This document shows, one piece after another, positions 8,169 to 18,381 of a stretch of 64,000 nt of DNA. The notes under the pieces are model-generated. The model saw only the letters and a program-made list of their open reading frames with translations, was not told where the DNA came from and ran no database searches. The DNA lies in the NCBI GenBank assembly GCA_965368975.1, contig CBDUPA010000004.1, forward strand, positions 256,001 to 320,000. Reading direction: 5' to 3'. The stretch comes from an uncultured bacterium. GTDB taxonomy: Bacteria; Acidobacteriota; Thermoanaerobaculia; Multivoradales; JAHZIX01. Position 1 is the first letter of the stretch. Every line of letters begins with the position of its first letter. The translations under genes were made by a program, and so were the position numbers.

Positions 8169-10250
8169 TCAGTCGTAGCGCTCGATCTCCCTGATTGTGT
8201 AGGCAGTGCCGGCGACCTCTACTGCGTCGCCGGCACTCTTACCTAGCAGGGCTGAGGCCAGCTCGGACTCGTAGGAGATGATGTCTTCTTCGGGCTTGCT
8301 CTCCCACGGTCCGAGGATGGTCATTACTCGTGCCGTGCCGCTATCTGCCTGCAGATGCACGCGAGTCCCGATGCGCACGTCCTGCAGATCCAATCCAGCC
8401 GGCTGGATTGGCTGAACTCTGGATAGGTCGGAGTTGAGCGCGGCCAGGCGGGAGGACAGGTACTCATGGCGCTGTCGTGCCGACTTGTACTCGAAGTTCT
8501 CTCGCAGGTCGCCCATGGCGCGGGCTTCTTCGATCGCCTTGCGATTGGCAGGGAGTTCGACGCTCTTGAGGTGATTGAACTCCTCGCGCTTGGCCTCGAT
8601 CGAAGCCGGCAGGGCATAGAGCCCCATCTCTTCGTCCTTCCTTTGCAGCGCCGCGAATCGTAGGTGTAGGGCGTTGCGCAGTGCGTCGCGCTGGTAGTCC
8701 TCGAGCGCTGGTGCGCGCTCGATGGCACGGTCTGCCGCCTCTGCCTGTTCTTCGCTGAGGTGGGACAGCAGGCGCGGCACCGAGCCGCCGGACTCGACCA
8801 AGGGAACCAGGCGAGCGGCACGGAAGGACGCGAAGACTTCGTCCTGCATCGCGTGTAGCGTCTGCTGCAGCAGCTGCAGCGCATTGCGCTGGCGCAGCTG
8901 TTCGTCCTCGCCCGCGCGCTCGGCCAGCCACACGAAGGCACCCGGCTGGTTGCGGGGCTTGGCGAGCAGTTGGTCGACGAAGCGGTAGACGGTGTCGGGA
9001 TCTTGCCGATAGAGCGCCTCGTAGAGGACGTTGAGCGCTCGCGGATCGTTTTCTTTGGTCAGTAGCTCGGCGAAGATGGCGGCCCAGTCGTCGCGCTTCT
9101 CGTGCACCATCGTGTAGGCGCGCTCGCGCAACAGGCGGTCCTGGATGCCGGCGCAGGTCGCCACGACGGTGTCGCCTTGCAACAGGTTCTCAGCACTCCA
9201 GGCAGCGTCCTCGGGTGCGCCGCCGCTACGCTCGAGGGCGAACCAGACTTCGAACGCCAAGCTCGGATCCTGCTGCGAGTTGGCGCCGAGACGCAGCAAG
9301 GCGCCGCGCATTTTCTCGCGCAGCTTGGGAGCCCGGTCGCCCTCGCGCCGAAGCAGGTCCAGCTGGCGTCGCGAATCGGAGCGCTGGAAGGTCTGCCAGG
9401 CAGCGTCTTCGGCGTCTTCACTGGAGGCTGCCCAGCTGTAGGTCTGGCGTCCCTTGCTGTGGGTGACCACCTGCGGATGCTTGCGCGCCGCTGTCCACCA
9501 GCTCGCCCATTTCGCGTCCGGCACGACGCCGGACACGTCGGCGCGGATGTCGCCGGCGCTCATCGGTTCACCGTTGCTTTCGAGCACCAGACGTAGCATT
9601 TCCGGCGGATCCTCGGTCGCCAGCTTGCGCATGCCCTCGGGGTCTTCTAGCTTGCGCCGCAGTACGTGCTCGGGTGGCAGTGGCTTGAGCAGCTTGGCCG
9701 CGGCACGGAAGCCGACCGCCAGGGCCTTGTGCTTCTCGAAGTCGATGCGGAAAGCCTCCAGGTCGAGGTTGACCTCGATTACTTTGCCGACACCCTTGCC
9801 CTGCATCCACACGACCAAGCCGATGTCGAAGTCGATCAGTGTTCGGATTCGCTCTACCTTGTCCCAGGTCTTCTTGGTGTCTTGTGGCGCTTTGTGCAGG
9901 CCGAGTTTCTCGGCGAGCCCGTCGAAGCTCGGTCGGTCTTCATAGATGCGCCGGAGGGTGGCGACGATCATGGGGTGCAGCTTCTCGGCCTTGGGATGTA
10001 GCAGGGGGCCGGCTTTGTGCAGCATCTCCAGGCGCTCGGGCCACATCTCCTGTTCGCGCAGCTGATCGTCGAGCAACTCCAGCAGCGAGCGTGCACGGCT
10101 GTCTTCTCCGTTGCCGACCAGGGCACGGGCGACGCCGATGAAATAGTCGAGGTGTTCCGGCTCGTCGCCGATGCGGTTCAGCCACTCGTCTTCGATGGCT
10201 TGAAAGTCGCCCTTCTCCAGATTCTTCTTCGTCGTGCGGTCGATACTCAT
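8169..10250 (-). CDS. greA: GreA/GreB-family elongation factor with large N-terminal helical extension
   Basis: C-terminal Gre domain (AIEEARAMGDLRENFEYKSAR, VRIGTRV, ILGPWES, ISYESELASALLGK). Start MSIDR at 10250 chosen. Confidence 0.85.
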   Translation of the reverse strand: MSIDRTTKKNLEKGDFQAIEDEWLNRIGDEPEHLDYFIGVARALVGNGEDSRARSLLELLDDQLREQEMWPERLEMLHKAGPLLHPKAEKLHPMIVATLRRIYEDRPSFDGLAEKLGLHKAPQDTKKTWDKVERIRTLIDFDIGLVVWMQGKGVGKVIEVNLDLEAFRIDFEKHKALAVGFRAAAKLLKPLPPEHVLRRKLEDPEGMRKLATEDPPEMLRLVLESNGEPMSAGDIRADVSGVVPDAKWASWWTAARKHPQVVTHSKGRQTYSWAASSEDAEDAAWQTFQRSDSRRQLDLLRREGDRAPKLREKMRGALLRLGANSQQDPSLAFEVWFALERSGGAPEDAAWSAENLLQGDTVVATCAGIQDRLLRERAYTMVHEKRDDWAAIFAELLTKENDPRALNVLYEALYRQDPDTVYRFVDQLLAKPRNQPGAFVWLAERAGEDEQLRQRNALQLLQQTLHAMQDEVFASFRAARLVPLVESGGSVPRLLSHLSEEQAEAADRAIERAPALEDYQRDALRNALHLRFAALQRKDEEMGLYALPASIEAKREEFNHLKSVELPANRKAIEEARAMGDLRENFEYKSARQRHEYLSSRLAALNSDLSRVQPIQPAGLDLQDVRIGTRVHLQADSGTARVMTILGPWESKPEEDIISYESELASALLGKSAGDAVEVAGTAYTIREIERYD

Positions 10251-10369
10251 GGGTCGTACGATAGCAAAGTCCGAGGCGCTCGGTGCATCCTGTGGCGATC
10301 GTCGTTGGTGCCGGGGCGACGCCATACTGGCAAGTGCAGCCACGGCTGGTACACTGACGACGAACTGTG

Positions 10370-11131
10370 ATGGATGCCAAGCAGCAGCTACCGCAGCATC
10401 TGCGGGAGGCCGACGCCGAAACCTTACTGGCGCTGGTGCGTGCGCACCTGCCCGATCTCGACGCCCGGGATGCGCGCGCCGTCCTGCGCAATCCCTTCGC
10501 CGGCGTCGAGGTCATCGAGCTGCTGCTCGGTCGTCAGCGACTGACGGCGGCCTACGAGGTCCGACAAGCGCTTGTGCGTCATCCCGCGACGCCGCAGGCC
10601 GCGTCGCTGCGCTTGGCGCCGGGTCTGTTCTGGCGTGACCTGTTGGAGGTCAGCTTGGATTATCGGCTGGCCCCGGTGCTCCGTCGCACGGCGGAGCGCT
10701 ATCTGGTGGAGCGCCTGCCGGCGTTGACGCTGGGTGAGAAGATCTCGCTCGCTCGCCGAGCTGGTACGCGAGTCTTGACGCAGCTGCGCGCCGAACCCAA
10801 TTTGCGGGTGCTGACCGCTCTGCTCGAGAACCCGCGGTCGACCGAGGGGACGATTCTGCCCCTGGTCAGCCGTGCCGGCACACCGCCCGAAGTCCTGACG
10901 CGCATCGCCGAAGATCGTCGTTGGGGTGTGCGCTACTCGGTGCGACTGGCCTTGGCCCGCAACTCCAATACTCCCGCTTCCGTATCGTTGAAACTGCTGC
11001 GTGGCTTCAAGCGCGGTGACCTCCAAGGACTATCGAAGGATCTCCGCGTGGCGATGCCGGTCCGCCAACGGGCAAGAGAGTTGCTCCAAGGACGTCAGAA
11101 GGCTTCGCTTCGGGGGGACAGAGTGCTATAA
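10370..11131 (+). CDS. Hypothetical helical-repeat (HEAT/LRV-like) protein
   Basis: Repeated LRNP / VRQALVRHPATP / LLENPR / VRLALARNSNTP motifs; homologous to the C-terminus of 12180..13211. Confidence 0.7.
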   Translation: MDAKQQLPQHLREADAETLLALVRAHLPDLDARDARAVLRNPFAGVEVIELLLGRQRLTAAYEVRQALVRHPATPQAASLRLAPGLFWRDLLEVSLDYRLAPVLRRTAERYLVERLPALTLGEKISLARRAGTRVLTQLRAEPNLRVLTALLENPRSTEGTILPLVSRAGTPPEVLTRIAEDRRWGVRYSVRLALARNSNTPASVSLKLLRGFKRGDLQGLSKDLRVAMPVRQRARELLQGRQKASLRGDRVL

Positions 11132-11166
11132 ATGCAGCTGAAGCGACGCGCCGACAATCAAACTAG

Positions 11167-12183
11167 ATGAGCACCGCGAAACGCAACGAAGCCAAGACGC
11201 CTCCGTGGGGTGGTGATCCCGCCTCCAGCAGTCTGTCCTTTGGCACCTGGCTGCGCCAGCAGCGCGAGGTGAGAGAGATCGGTCTGCGCGAAATCGCCGA
11301 CAGCACCAAGATCAGCTTGCGCTACTTGGAGGCCTTCGAGCAGGATCGCTACGACCTGCTGCCCGCCCGCGTCTTCTCGCGCGGTTTCCTGCGTCAGTAT
11401 GCCGGCTACGTCGGCCTCGACCCGGAGGAAGTGGTCAACAACTTCATCTGGGCTCAGAAGGCTCTGGAGCCGGAAGGCGAAGAGGAACTTCCCGAGATGG
11501 CTCCCGACGAGTCTCGGGAATCGCCGCCGTGGCTGATGATCGTCGTGATCTTGTTGCTGCTCGCGGCGCTGGTCGTGGCGCTGATCTACTGGCGCTCGGG
11601 TGATGACGACGAAGCCGGTGCTCGCGAACCTTTTCTGCCGCCCACCTCCGGGGCTGTGAGTTCTCCGGCGCCTGCGGTCAGCACGCCGGCCGGTGTTCAG
11701 ACCGGGACGCAGACGGTGGCCGGCCAGGACGGAGAGGGTGCGTCGACCGAAAGTCCTGGAGATGGCGCGTCGACAGACGGCACCGTAGACGCGGAGAGTG
11801 TCACCCTCGCCGACGTGACCGCGGCAGGTGGTGAAACCGAGGTGCCACCGGCGCAAACTGTGCGCCGCGCCGCCGAGGCTTCTACGGCTCCGCTGCGCGT
11901 TACCCTCGAATTCGAACAAGACTGCTGGGTCGAGATCTCGCTCGACAACGGCCGACGCCGGATCTCGCAGACCTACCAGGCGACCCAGGCCGAGTTGTTG
12001 GAAGCCCGGCGCGTCGTGCTGCTGCGCAAGTTGGGCAACGCCGGAGGCGTTCGTGTTCACGTCAATGGCTACCCGATGCCACTGGAAGCGGCTCCGGGGC
12101 AGGTGCTGAGCAACGTTCGGATCGACCTCGAAACCGTTCGGCGCCTGGAATCCAGTCTCTCGAATCCGGGAGCAGGGGCGTGA
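11167..12183 (+). CDS. RodZ-like protein (N-terminal HTH, one TM helix, C-terminal DUF4115-like domain)
   Basis: FGTWLRQQRE...IADSTKISLRYLEAFE...LP...FSRGFLRQYAGYVGLD; TM helix; CWVEI...LGNAGGVRVHVNG. Confidence 0.85.
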   Translation: MSTAKRNEAKTPPWGGDPASSSLSFGTWLRQQREVREIGLREIADSTKISLRYLEAFEQDRYDLLPARVFSRGFLRQYAGYVGLDPEEVVNNFIWAQKALEPEGEEELPEMAPDESRESPPWLMIVVILLLLAALVVALIYWRSGDDDEAGAREPFLPPTSGAVSSPAPAVSTPAGVQTGTQTVAGQDGEGASTESPGDGASTDGTVDAESVTLADVTAAGGETEVPPAQTVRRAAEASTAPLRVTLEFEQDCWVEISLDNGRRRISQTYQATQAELLEARRVVLLRKLGNAGGVRVHVNGYPMPLEAAPGQVLSNVRIDLETVRRLESSLSNPGAGA

Positions 12184-13211
12184 TCCAGAGCCAGAATCCC
12201 CTAGTACAGCAGGTGCTCTCCGGGGCCAATCGGCAGTTGACGGTGATGGCCGCGCAAGGTCTGGTGCCGATTCCGCCGAACGAGCTGATTCCACTGCAAG
12301 TCATGCTGGCACAGGGGGGGGATCCTGAGGTCTCGCAAGCGGCGACTCAGGCCTTGCAAGACTTGGATCCTCGCTTGGCAGCTCAGTATCTGGGCAGCGA
12401 GGCCCCGCCGTCGGTACTGACCTACTTCGCGCTCGAGATCGAAGCCGCACCGGCGCTCGAGGCCATCCTGCGGCGTCGCGACATACCGAGACAGCTGCTA
12501 GTCGCGATCGCCCCCAACCTGACGGCAGAGCTGCAAGAGGTACTGCTTCTGCGGCAGGACGCGATCCGTGAGAAGCCAGCCATTCTCGATGCCTTGGAGC
12601 GCAACCCGCAGCTGAGCAGCTTTGCACGCCGCCGGATCGGTGAGTATCGTGAGCATCTCGTGCGCACCCCGGAAGCCTCTCCGGCAGTGCCCCAGCCGGC
12701 CGCCGAAAGGGATGCCGAGGTTGACGAAGCCGCAAGCGTCGCCGAGGCTGCGGTTGCAGAAAGCTCTAAAGGAGAAGAGCCCGACATCAGCGATCCGGCG
12801 AACCTGACAGACGTCCAGATCCGTTCGCTGCCCTTGCCGTTGCGCATGAAGTTGAGCCGCGAGGCCAACACGCGCACGCTGCGCTCCATCCTGATTCGCG
12901 ATACCAATTCGACGGTTGCTCTGTCGACCCTGGAGAATAATAATTTCTCGGAACCGGAGATTGAGGGCGTCGCCAGTAATCGCAACATGAAAGAAGATGT
13001 CCTGCAGGCCATATTGCGCAATCGTCAGTGGATGAGCAAGTACGCGATCATGGCTGCGGTCACCCGCAATCCGAAGGCGCCGATCAACCAGACGCTACGT
13101 CTGGTGCCGCGGCTGTCCATGCGCGATCTGAGAGATTTGCGCAAGGATCGCAATGCCGCTGATGCGGTGCGCAAGATGGCCGATCGTCTCTACAAGGCCA
13201 AGATGCGCTAG
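12180..13211 (+). CDS. Conserved hypothetical helical-repeat protein
   Basis: GTGA overlap with the previous stop; C-terminal LIRDTN...LENNN...W..KY....AVTRNPKAP...DLRDLRKDRN module. Confidence 0.75.
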   Translation: MIQSQNPLVQQVLSGANRQLTVMAAQGLVPIPPNELIPLQVMLAQGGDPEVSQAATQALQDLDPRLAAQYLGSEAPPSVLTYFALEIEAAPALEAILRRRDIPRQLLVAIAPNLTAELQEVLLLRQDAIREKPAILDALERNPQLSSFARRRIGEYREHLVRTPEASPAVPQPAAERDAEVDEAASVAEAAVAESSKGEEPDISDPANLTDVQIRSLPLPLRMKLSREANTRTLRSILIRDTNSTVALSTLENNNFSEPEIEGVASNRNMKEDVLQAILRNRQWMSKYAIMAAVTRNPKAPINQTLRLVPRLSMRDLRDLRKDRNAADAVRKMADRLYKAKMR

Positions 13212-13332
13212 TCGCCTTCGTCCAGGTGGGTTGGCGGGGCGAGTGTGAGAAGTTCGGGGGCGAGCTGTTATCTGCTGTGGCTATGATGCGTTAGACTAGC
13301 CAAATGGACCTTCCTTCTACCCGAATCGAGAG

Positions 13333-13977
13333 ATGAAAACGAGTTTTTACGACGTTCTCGGCGTGGCGCAGAATGCTACGACCGAGCAGATCCGGAGCCG
13401 CTTCCTGGAAATGGCGAGGCGTATGCACCCGGACCGATTCCCGGCGCAGGAGAAGGCGCAGGCAGAGACAGAGTTCCAAAAAGTCACGGAGGCCTTCAAC
13501 GTCCTCACCGATCCCGACCGCCGGCGCGAGCACGATGTACTCCTGGCGCGTCCAGCGAGCACCGGTCCAGACCCGAAGCAGGCGGCACGCGTCTACATGC
13601 AACGCGGGGTCAAGGAATACAGGGATGGCAACTTTTCGGCTGCGGCCGAGAACTTCCTTCGAGCCACCAAGGAGTCACCGCAAGAAGCCAAGCCTTGGTA
13701 CCATCTGGCCTTGGCTTGCAGCAAGCAGGAACAGTTCCTCGAGCGCGGTCTGCAGGCGGTTCGTAGAGCTTGTGAACTTGATCAGATGAATGTGACTTAC
13801 TATAAGCTTGCTGGTGTGTTGTTCCAGCGCGCCGGGCAAGCCGAAGAAGCGACCCGATACTATAATGCAGCCTTGAAATGGGGCGATGACGATCCATCGA
13901 TACGCGAGGCGCTGCAGCAGCTGAGTGGAGGCGCGCGCAAGGGTGGGCTGGCACGCCTGTTCGGAAGGGATACCTGA
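13333..13977 (+). CDS. J-domain (DnaJ) plus TPR protein
   Basis: FYDVLGV...HPDRF...FQKVTEAFNVLTDPDRRREHD followed by TPR-like helices. Confidence 0.88.
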   Translation: MKTSFYDVLGVAQNATTEQIRSRFLEMARRMHPDRFPAQEKAQAETEFQKVTEAFNVLTDPDRRREHDVLLARPASTGPDPKQAARVYMQRGVKEYRDGNFSAAAENFLRATKESPQEAKPWYHLALACSKQEQFLERGLQAVRRACELDQMNVTYYKLAGVLFQRAGQAEEATRYYNAALKWGDDDPSIREALQQLSGGARKGGLARLFGRDT

Positions 13978-14843
13978 TGCTGCGGATCAAGGCTTGCGGG
14001 CTGTCCGACGTAGGGATGGCGCGGAGCCACAATGAAGATTGCTTCGGCATCGATCCGGAGAACCTCCTGTTCGTCGTTGCCGACGGCATGGGCGGGCATA
14101 GCCATGGCGAAGTCGCTTCGCGCATTGCGGTGGATTCCGTGCAGGAGTTCATCGAACGGACCTCTCCGCGCAATCGCCGCCGCCGCTCCGCGGAAGGTCG
14201 CCGCCGGATGGCTACGGTGGACATGGAAACCACCCACTCTGAGCTGACCGAGGAAGACACCACTGACATCGATCTCGATGACGCCTATCCCGGTCAGACG
14301 CTCGAGAAGGCTATCCACAGCGCCCACGATCGCGTTCTCGGTGCCATTCGCGAGGATGGTTCCCTCTACGGCATGGGCACGACCTTGGTCGGTATCCTGG
14401 TTCGCCACGGTGTCGCCGCGATTGCCCACGTCGGTGATAGCCGCGCCTATCGCATCCGCGACGGCGAGATGCGGTTGATCACGCAGGACCACACCTGGGT
14501 CAACGAACAGGTCGTGGCTGGTTTCCTGTCCGAGGAACAGGCGCGGGTGCACCCACTCAAGAACGTCATCACGCGTGCCCTGGGTGGCGAGAGCGAAGTG
14601 CAGGTCGATGTCGATCAGGTCAATCTGGTTCCTGGTGACCTCTACATGCTGTGCTCTGACGGCTTGACGACCATGCTCACGGACAACGAGATTCACCAGC
14701 TGGTCGAGCAAGAGAACAGCCTCGAGGACGTGTGCCGTGCCTTGGTCCAGGAGGCCAACGATCGCGGCGGCGTCGACAACATCACGGTGCTGCTGTTCGA
14801 GGTCGAGGAACTGCTCGACGACGAAGTGACCCAGGAAGCCTGA
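13977..14843 (+). CDS. PP2C-family Ser/Thr protein phosphatase (Stp1/PrpC)
   Basis: RSHNED, VADGMGGH, GMGTT, HVGDSRAY, LCSDGL, GGVDNIT; TGATG coupling to the J-domain gene. Confidence 0.95.
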   Translation: MLRIKACGLSDVGMARSHNEDCFGIDPENLLFVVADGMGGHSHGEVASRIAVDSVQEFIERTSPRNRRRRSAEGRRRMATVDMETTHSELTEEDTTDIDLDDAYPGQTLEKAIHSAHDRVLGAIREDGSLYGMGTTLVGILVRHGVAAIAHVGDSRAYRIRDGEMRLITQDHTWVNEQVVAGFLSEEQARVHPLKNVITRALGGESEVQVDVDQVNLVPGDLYMLCSDGLTTMLTDNEIHQLVEQENSLEDVCRALVQEANDRGGVDNITVLLFEVEELLDDEVTQEA

Positions 14844-14876
14844 GCTCCCCGGGTCGGCTTCCGCCCGCCGGTGAGA

Positions 14877-15974
14877 CTAGCTCGGGTCGCCGAAGGTATA
14901 CCCTTCGCGTGCTTTGACCTTCAACTCGTCGTTCACCGTCCGTACCTCGACCTTCTGGTAGCCCGCGTCCCCCTGCGGATGCTCGGAGCGATAGGTCAGC
15001 AGGTAGTAGCCGTTGGTGGTCTCGGAAACCCGGCGTAGCGGCTTGATGAAGTTGTTGAAGTTGAACAGGTAGTCGCCGCCGGTGTCGAGGGCGAGCACGT
15101 TCATGGCATCCTGCATCGTGTGATCGACGCCGGGTGGAGCCAGGTCGATGGCGTAGACAGCGACGTTGTTGTCGTTGAGGGCCTGCACCATCGGTGGATA
15201 GTAGCGAGTGTCCGGGCGGTACTGACCGAAGCTCGACACCTGGCCGAAGCCGAGGGTGAAGAGGAGTAGGTTCTTGCGTCCTTGGACGCTGCCCGAGGCC
15301 TCGGAAAGGATCTGCAGAGCTTCGTAGATGGTGGGTGTCGCGTCCCGCAGTTCACGGCCTTGGGGCAGGTTACGGGCTAGGGAGAGCGGGGCATCTTCGT
15401 CGATGCGCGATGGCCAGTTACTCGGGTCCTTGCCCTGCATGGCGCGATCGATGGCGGCGGTCAAGGCGGTGCGATCCTGGGTGAAGTCCTGGTGTAGCTT
15501 GAGCTTGTAGTTGTAGCTGACTACCGCCACATAGTCACCGGGGAGGAGTTCTTGTTCCACCCACTGCTTGCTCTTCTGGGCCGCGTTCATCTGCTGTGTG
15601 AGGATGCCGGGGGCTTCGCCGGCGCGGCTCCGCTGATCGTCGAAGAAGAGGATGAACAGGCGATCCTGGGGAACCTCGTTGAAGTTGATACCCTGGCAAC
15701 GGAGTTCGTCGGCCGAGGACACGAGGGCGCGGTTGCTGTAGAAGGTGACGCTCTCGAGTTGCACAGGCTTGCCGTCTTCCTCGATCACGAAGTCCTCTTT
15801 GGTCAGACCCAGAATGACGTTGCCGTCCCTGTCGTTGACCAGGACGTCGAGCGCGACCTCGCTGACCTGTAACTGCTCGCCGAACCGAGATGTGGGTTCC
15901 TGGGCCGAGGCGAGGTGAGGCAGGGCAAAGACGGTCAACAGAGGAACGAGGAGGGGGATGAGGCTACGAGACAT
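14877..15974 (-). CDS. Secreted VWA-domain protein (acidobacterial VWFA-related type)
   Basis: Signal peptide; VALDVLVNDRDG...GLTKEDFVIEEDGKPV, GRKNLLLFTLG, LALDTGG, YYLLTY, VKAREGY. Confidence 0.85.
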   Translation of the reverse strand: MSRSLIPLLVPLLTVFALPHLASAQEPTSRFGEQLQVSEVALDVLVNDRDGNVILGLTKEDFVIEEDGKPVQLESVTFYSNRALVSSADELRCQGINFNEVPQDRLFILFFDDQRSRAGEAPGILTQQMNAAQKSKQWVEQELLPGDYVAVVSYNYKLKLHQDFTQDRTALTAAIDRAMQGKDPSNWPSRIDEDAPLSLARNLPQGRELRDATPTIYEALQILSEASGSVQGRKNLLLFTLGFGQVSSFGQYRPDTRYYPPMVQALNDNNVAVYAIDLAPPGVDHTMQDAMNVLALDTGGDYLFNFNNFIKPLRRVSETTNGYYLLTYRSEHPQGDAGYQKVEVRTVNDELKVKAREGYTFGDPS

Positions 15975-16169
15975 GGGATTCTCCTTTCCTACCGAAGTTC
16001 ACAGACACCTGAAGTAGAAGCAAGGGGTATGCCAGAGGTCACAGGAGCCCGCGGCCGGGGGCCCTGGCCATGGAAGTGGTGCTGTGGCCGTGGCGTGCCC
16101 GTCCTGCGACGGCGACGCCAGTGTCCTCTTCGAGATGGGCCGCCATCCTCGCGGACGAGCGATCGAGCG

Positions 16170-18362
16170 TTAGGGGTAGGCGGCGTAGAAGCCGCCCCTG
16201 GCGGCGATGTCGAGCAAGGCCTGGCTGGGGAGGAAACGATCACCACAGGCGGTGCTCAGGCGTTCCATCTGACGCGCCAGTTCACCGCAGCCGAGCTGGT
16301 CGACCCAGCGGCACAGGCCGCCACGGAAGGCCGGGAAGCCGGCGCCCAGGATGAGGGCGAGATCGATGTCTGCAGCCTGTGACACGACGCCTTCCTGCAA
16401 GCAGCGCGCCGCCTCGTTGACCATGGGCATGACCATGCGGTCGACGAGCTGCTGGCGGTCGCTGCTCTCGCCGCGCTCGTCTCGATCTCCTCGGCCGCCG
16501 CCAGGCAGTCCCAAGAGGCTGTAGACCTCGGTGTCGATGCCGCAGCGCTGGCCATTCTCGTACCGGTAGAAGCCGAGTTGCGCCTTGGAGCCCAGGCGGC
16601 CGGCGTCGATCAGGGCTGCTTGCCAGTCCGCCCTGGGCATCGGCAGGCGAGAGCCGAAGGTGTCGGCCAGGATGGCGGCGACCTCGATGGCGATGTCGAT
16701 GCCGATCTCGTCGAGCAGCGCGAACGGGCCGACCGGCATTCCCCAGTCGACCATGAGGGCGTCGAGTTCGTCCAGGGTGCGCCCCTCGGCCAGCAGCCAC
16801 AGGGCTTCGAGCAGGTAGAAGGTCAGCAGGCGGTTGACCAGGAAGCCGGGGCTGTCCCGTACCAGGATCGGCGTCTTGCCCAACCCTTCAACGAAGGCCG
16901 AGACCGTAGCCAAGGTGGTTTCGTTGGTGTGGCTGCCGGCGATGACCTCGACCAGTGGCATGCGCGCGACCGGGTTGAAAAAGTGCAAGCCGACGACGCG
17001 CTCGGGGTGCAGCTGCTGTACCGCTAGGCCCTCGGCGAGGTGGTCGATCGACAGAGACGACGTGTTGCTGGCCAGCACGGTGGTCTCGGGCACGCGCTGG
17101 GCGAGCTGCGCCAGGACCTGCTGTTTCTCGTTCAGGCTCTCGACGATGGCCTCGACCACCAGTTGGGTGTGACGAAACCCACTCCAGTCCAGGCACGGCT
17201 GGATGCGACCGAGGATGGTGCGGCTCTGCTCGGCGCTCAGACGGCGCCGCTGCTGCTTGTTGTACAAGCGTTGGCCGGCACGCCGTAGTCCTCGAGCCAG
17301 CGCCCGTGGGTCCTGGTCGTGCAGGCGTACCGGGATGCCTCCCTTCTCGGCTGCCAGCAAGGCGATCGCCCCACCCATGACGCCGGCACCCACGACGCCA
17401 AGTCGCTCAACCGAGACACCGGTTGCCGCGGCGGGCTGCCCTTGCCTCGCTTCCGCCCGGCGCCGGCGCCGGGATACCTGGGTCAGCTGGTAGACGTGGA
17501 TCTGGTTCTGCGTCACCGAGTCGGTCAGCAGTTCGGCGGCCGCGCGCACCTCGGCGTCGAAACCGGCGTCCGCACCCTTCTCGATTCCCACCTGCACGAC
17601 TTCGATGGCGCGCAGGGGGGCGGCGTAGGAGCGGTGTGTCTTGCCCAGCGTCTTCTTGCGTGCCTGGTCGAAGACGATGCGGCGACTGAGCGGGTTCTTC
17701 TCCAGTAGCAGCTCGCGCAGCTGGTGCTCTTCGCGCACCGGACCTTCCCCGTGCTGCAGCCGGGTGCCGAAGTCGCGGGCGTGGTGCAGGAAGGAGGCGT
17801 CTGGCACTACGGCGTCTGCCAGGCCTAGCTGCAGTGCTTTGGTCGAGGTCAGGCCGCGACCCGTCAGGATGACATCGAGGGCGTCGCGGATGCCGATGCG
17901 GCGCGGTAGGCGCACGCAGCCGCCCCAGGCTGGCACCAGCCCCAGGCGCACCTCGGGTAGGCCGATCCGCAAGTCGTTGCTATCGCTCAGCAGGCGTGCG
18001 CTGCACGCCAGTGCCAGTTCCGTACCGCCGCCCATACAGGTACTACGAATGGCGGCCAGGGTCGGGAACGGTAGGTCTTCCCAGGCCTGGAACAGGCGCT
18101 GTCCGGCGCGGGCACCGGCGGCACCTTGCTCCGGCTCGGTGACAGCTCGCAACAGGGCAATATCGGTACCGTGGCAGAAGGAGCCGGGCTTGGCCGAGAG
18201 CAGGACCAAGCAGCGGATGTCGGTGCGCCCGGCCAGCTCGTCGAGCAACGCGTCGAACTGCTCGAGGGCTGGCCGGTCGAACAGGTTGACGCTGTGCCCT
18301 GGATGATCGAAGACCAGGGTGGCCAGGCCATCATCACCCGTGTGCAGCCGAAAGATGTTCAC
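16170..18362 (-). CDS. fadJ: Fatty acid oxidation multifunctional enzyme (enoyl-CoA hydratase / 3-hydroxyacyl-CoA dehydrogenase), FadJ/FadB type
   Basis: GGGTELALAC, GLPEVRLG, GAGVMG, VEAIVE, ASNTSSL, GLHFFNPV, PGFLVNR. Confidence 0.9.
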   Translation of the reverse strand: MNIFRLHTGDDGLATLVFDHPGHSVNLFDRPALEQFDALLDELAGRTDIRCLVLLSAKPGSFCHGTDIALLRAVTEPEQGAAGARAGQRLFQAWEDLPFPTLAAIRSTCMGGGTELALACSARLLSDSNDLRIGLPEVRLGLVPAWGGCVRLPRRIGIRDALDVILTGRGLTSTKALQLGLADAVVPDASFLHHARDFGTRLQHGEGPVREEHQLRELLLEKNPLSRRIVFDQARKKTLGKTHRSYAAPLRAIEVVQVGIEKGADAGFDAEVRAAAELLTDSVTQNQIHVYQLTQVSRRRRRAEARQGQPAAATGVSVERLGVVGAGVMGGAIALLAAEKGGIPVRLHDQDPRALARGLRRAGQRLYNKQQRRRLSAEQSRTILGRIQPCLDWSGFRHTQLVVEAIVESLNEKQQVLAQLAQRVPETTVLASNTSSLSIDHLAEGLAVQQLHPERVVGLHFFNPVARMPLVEVIAGSHTNETTLATVSAFVEGLGKTPILVRDSPGFLVNRLLTFYLLEALWLLAEGRTLDELDALMVDWGMPVGPFALLDEIGIDIAIEVAAILADTFGSRLPMPRADWQAALIDAGRLGSKAQLGFYRYENGQRCGIDTEVYSLLGLPGGGRGDRDERGESSDRQQLVDRMVMPMVNEAARCLQEGVVSQAADIDLALILGAGFPAFRGGLCRWVDQLGCGELARQMERLSTACGDRFLPSQALLDIAARGGFYAAYP

Positions 18363-18381
18363 CGCGAGGCCGCGTCGAGCG

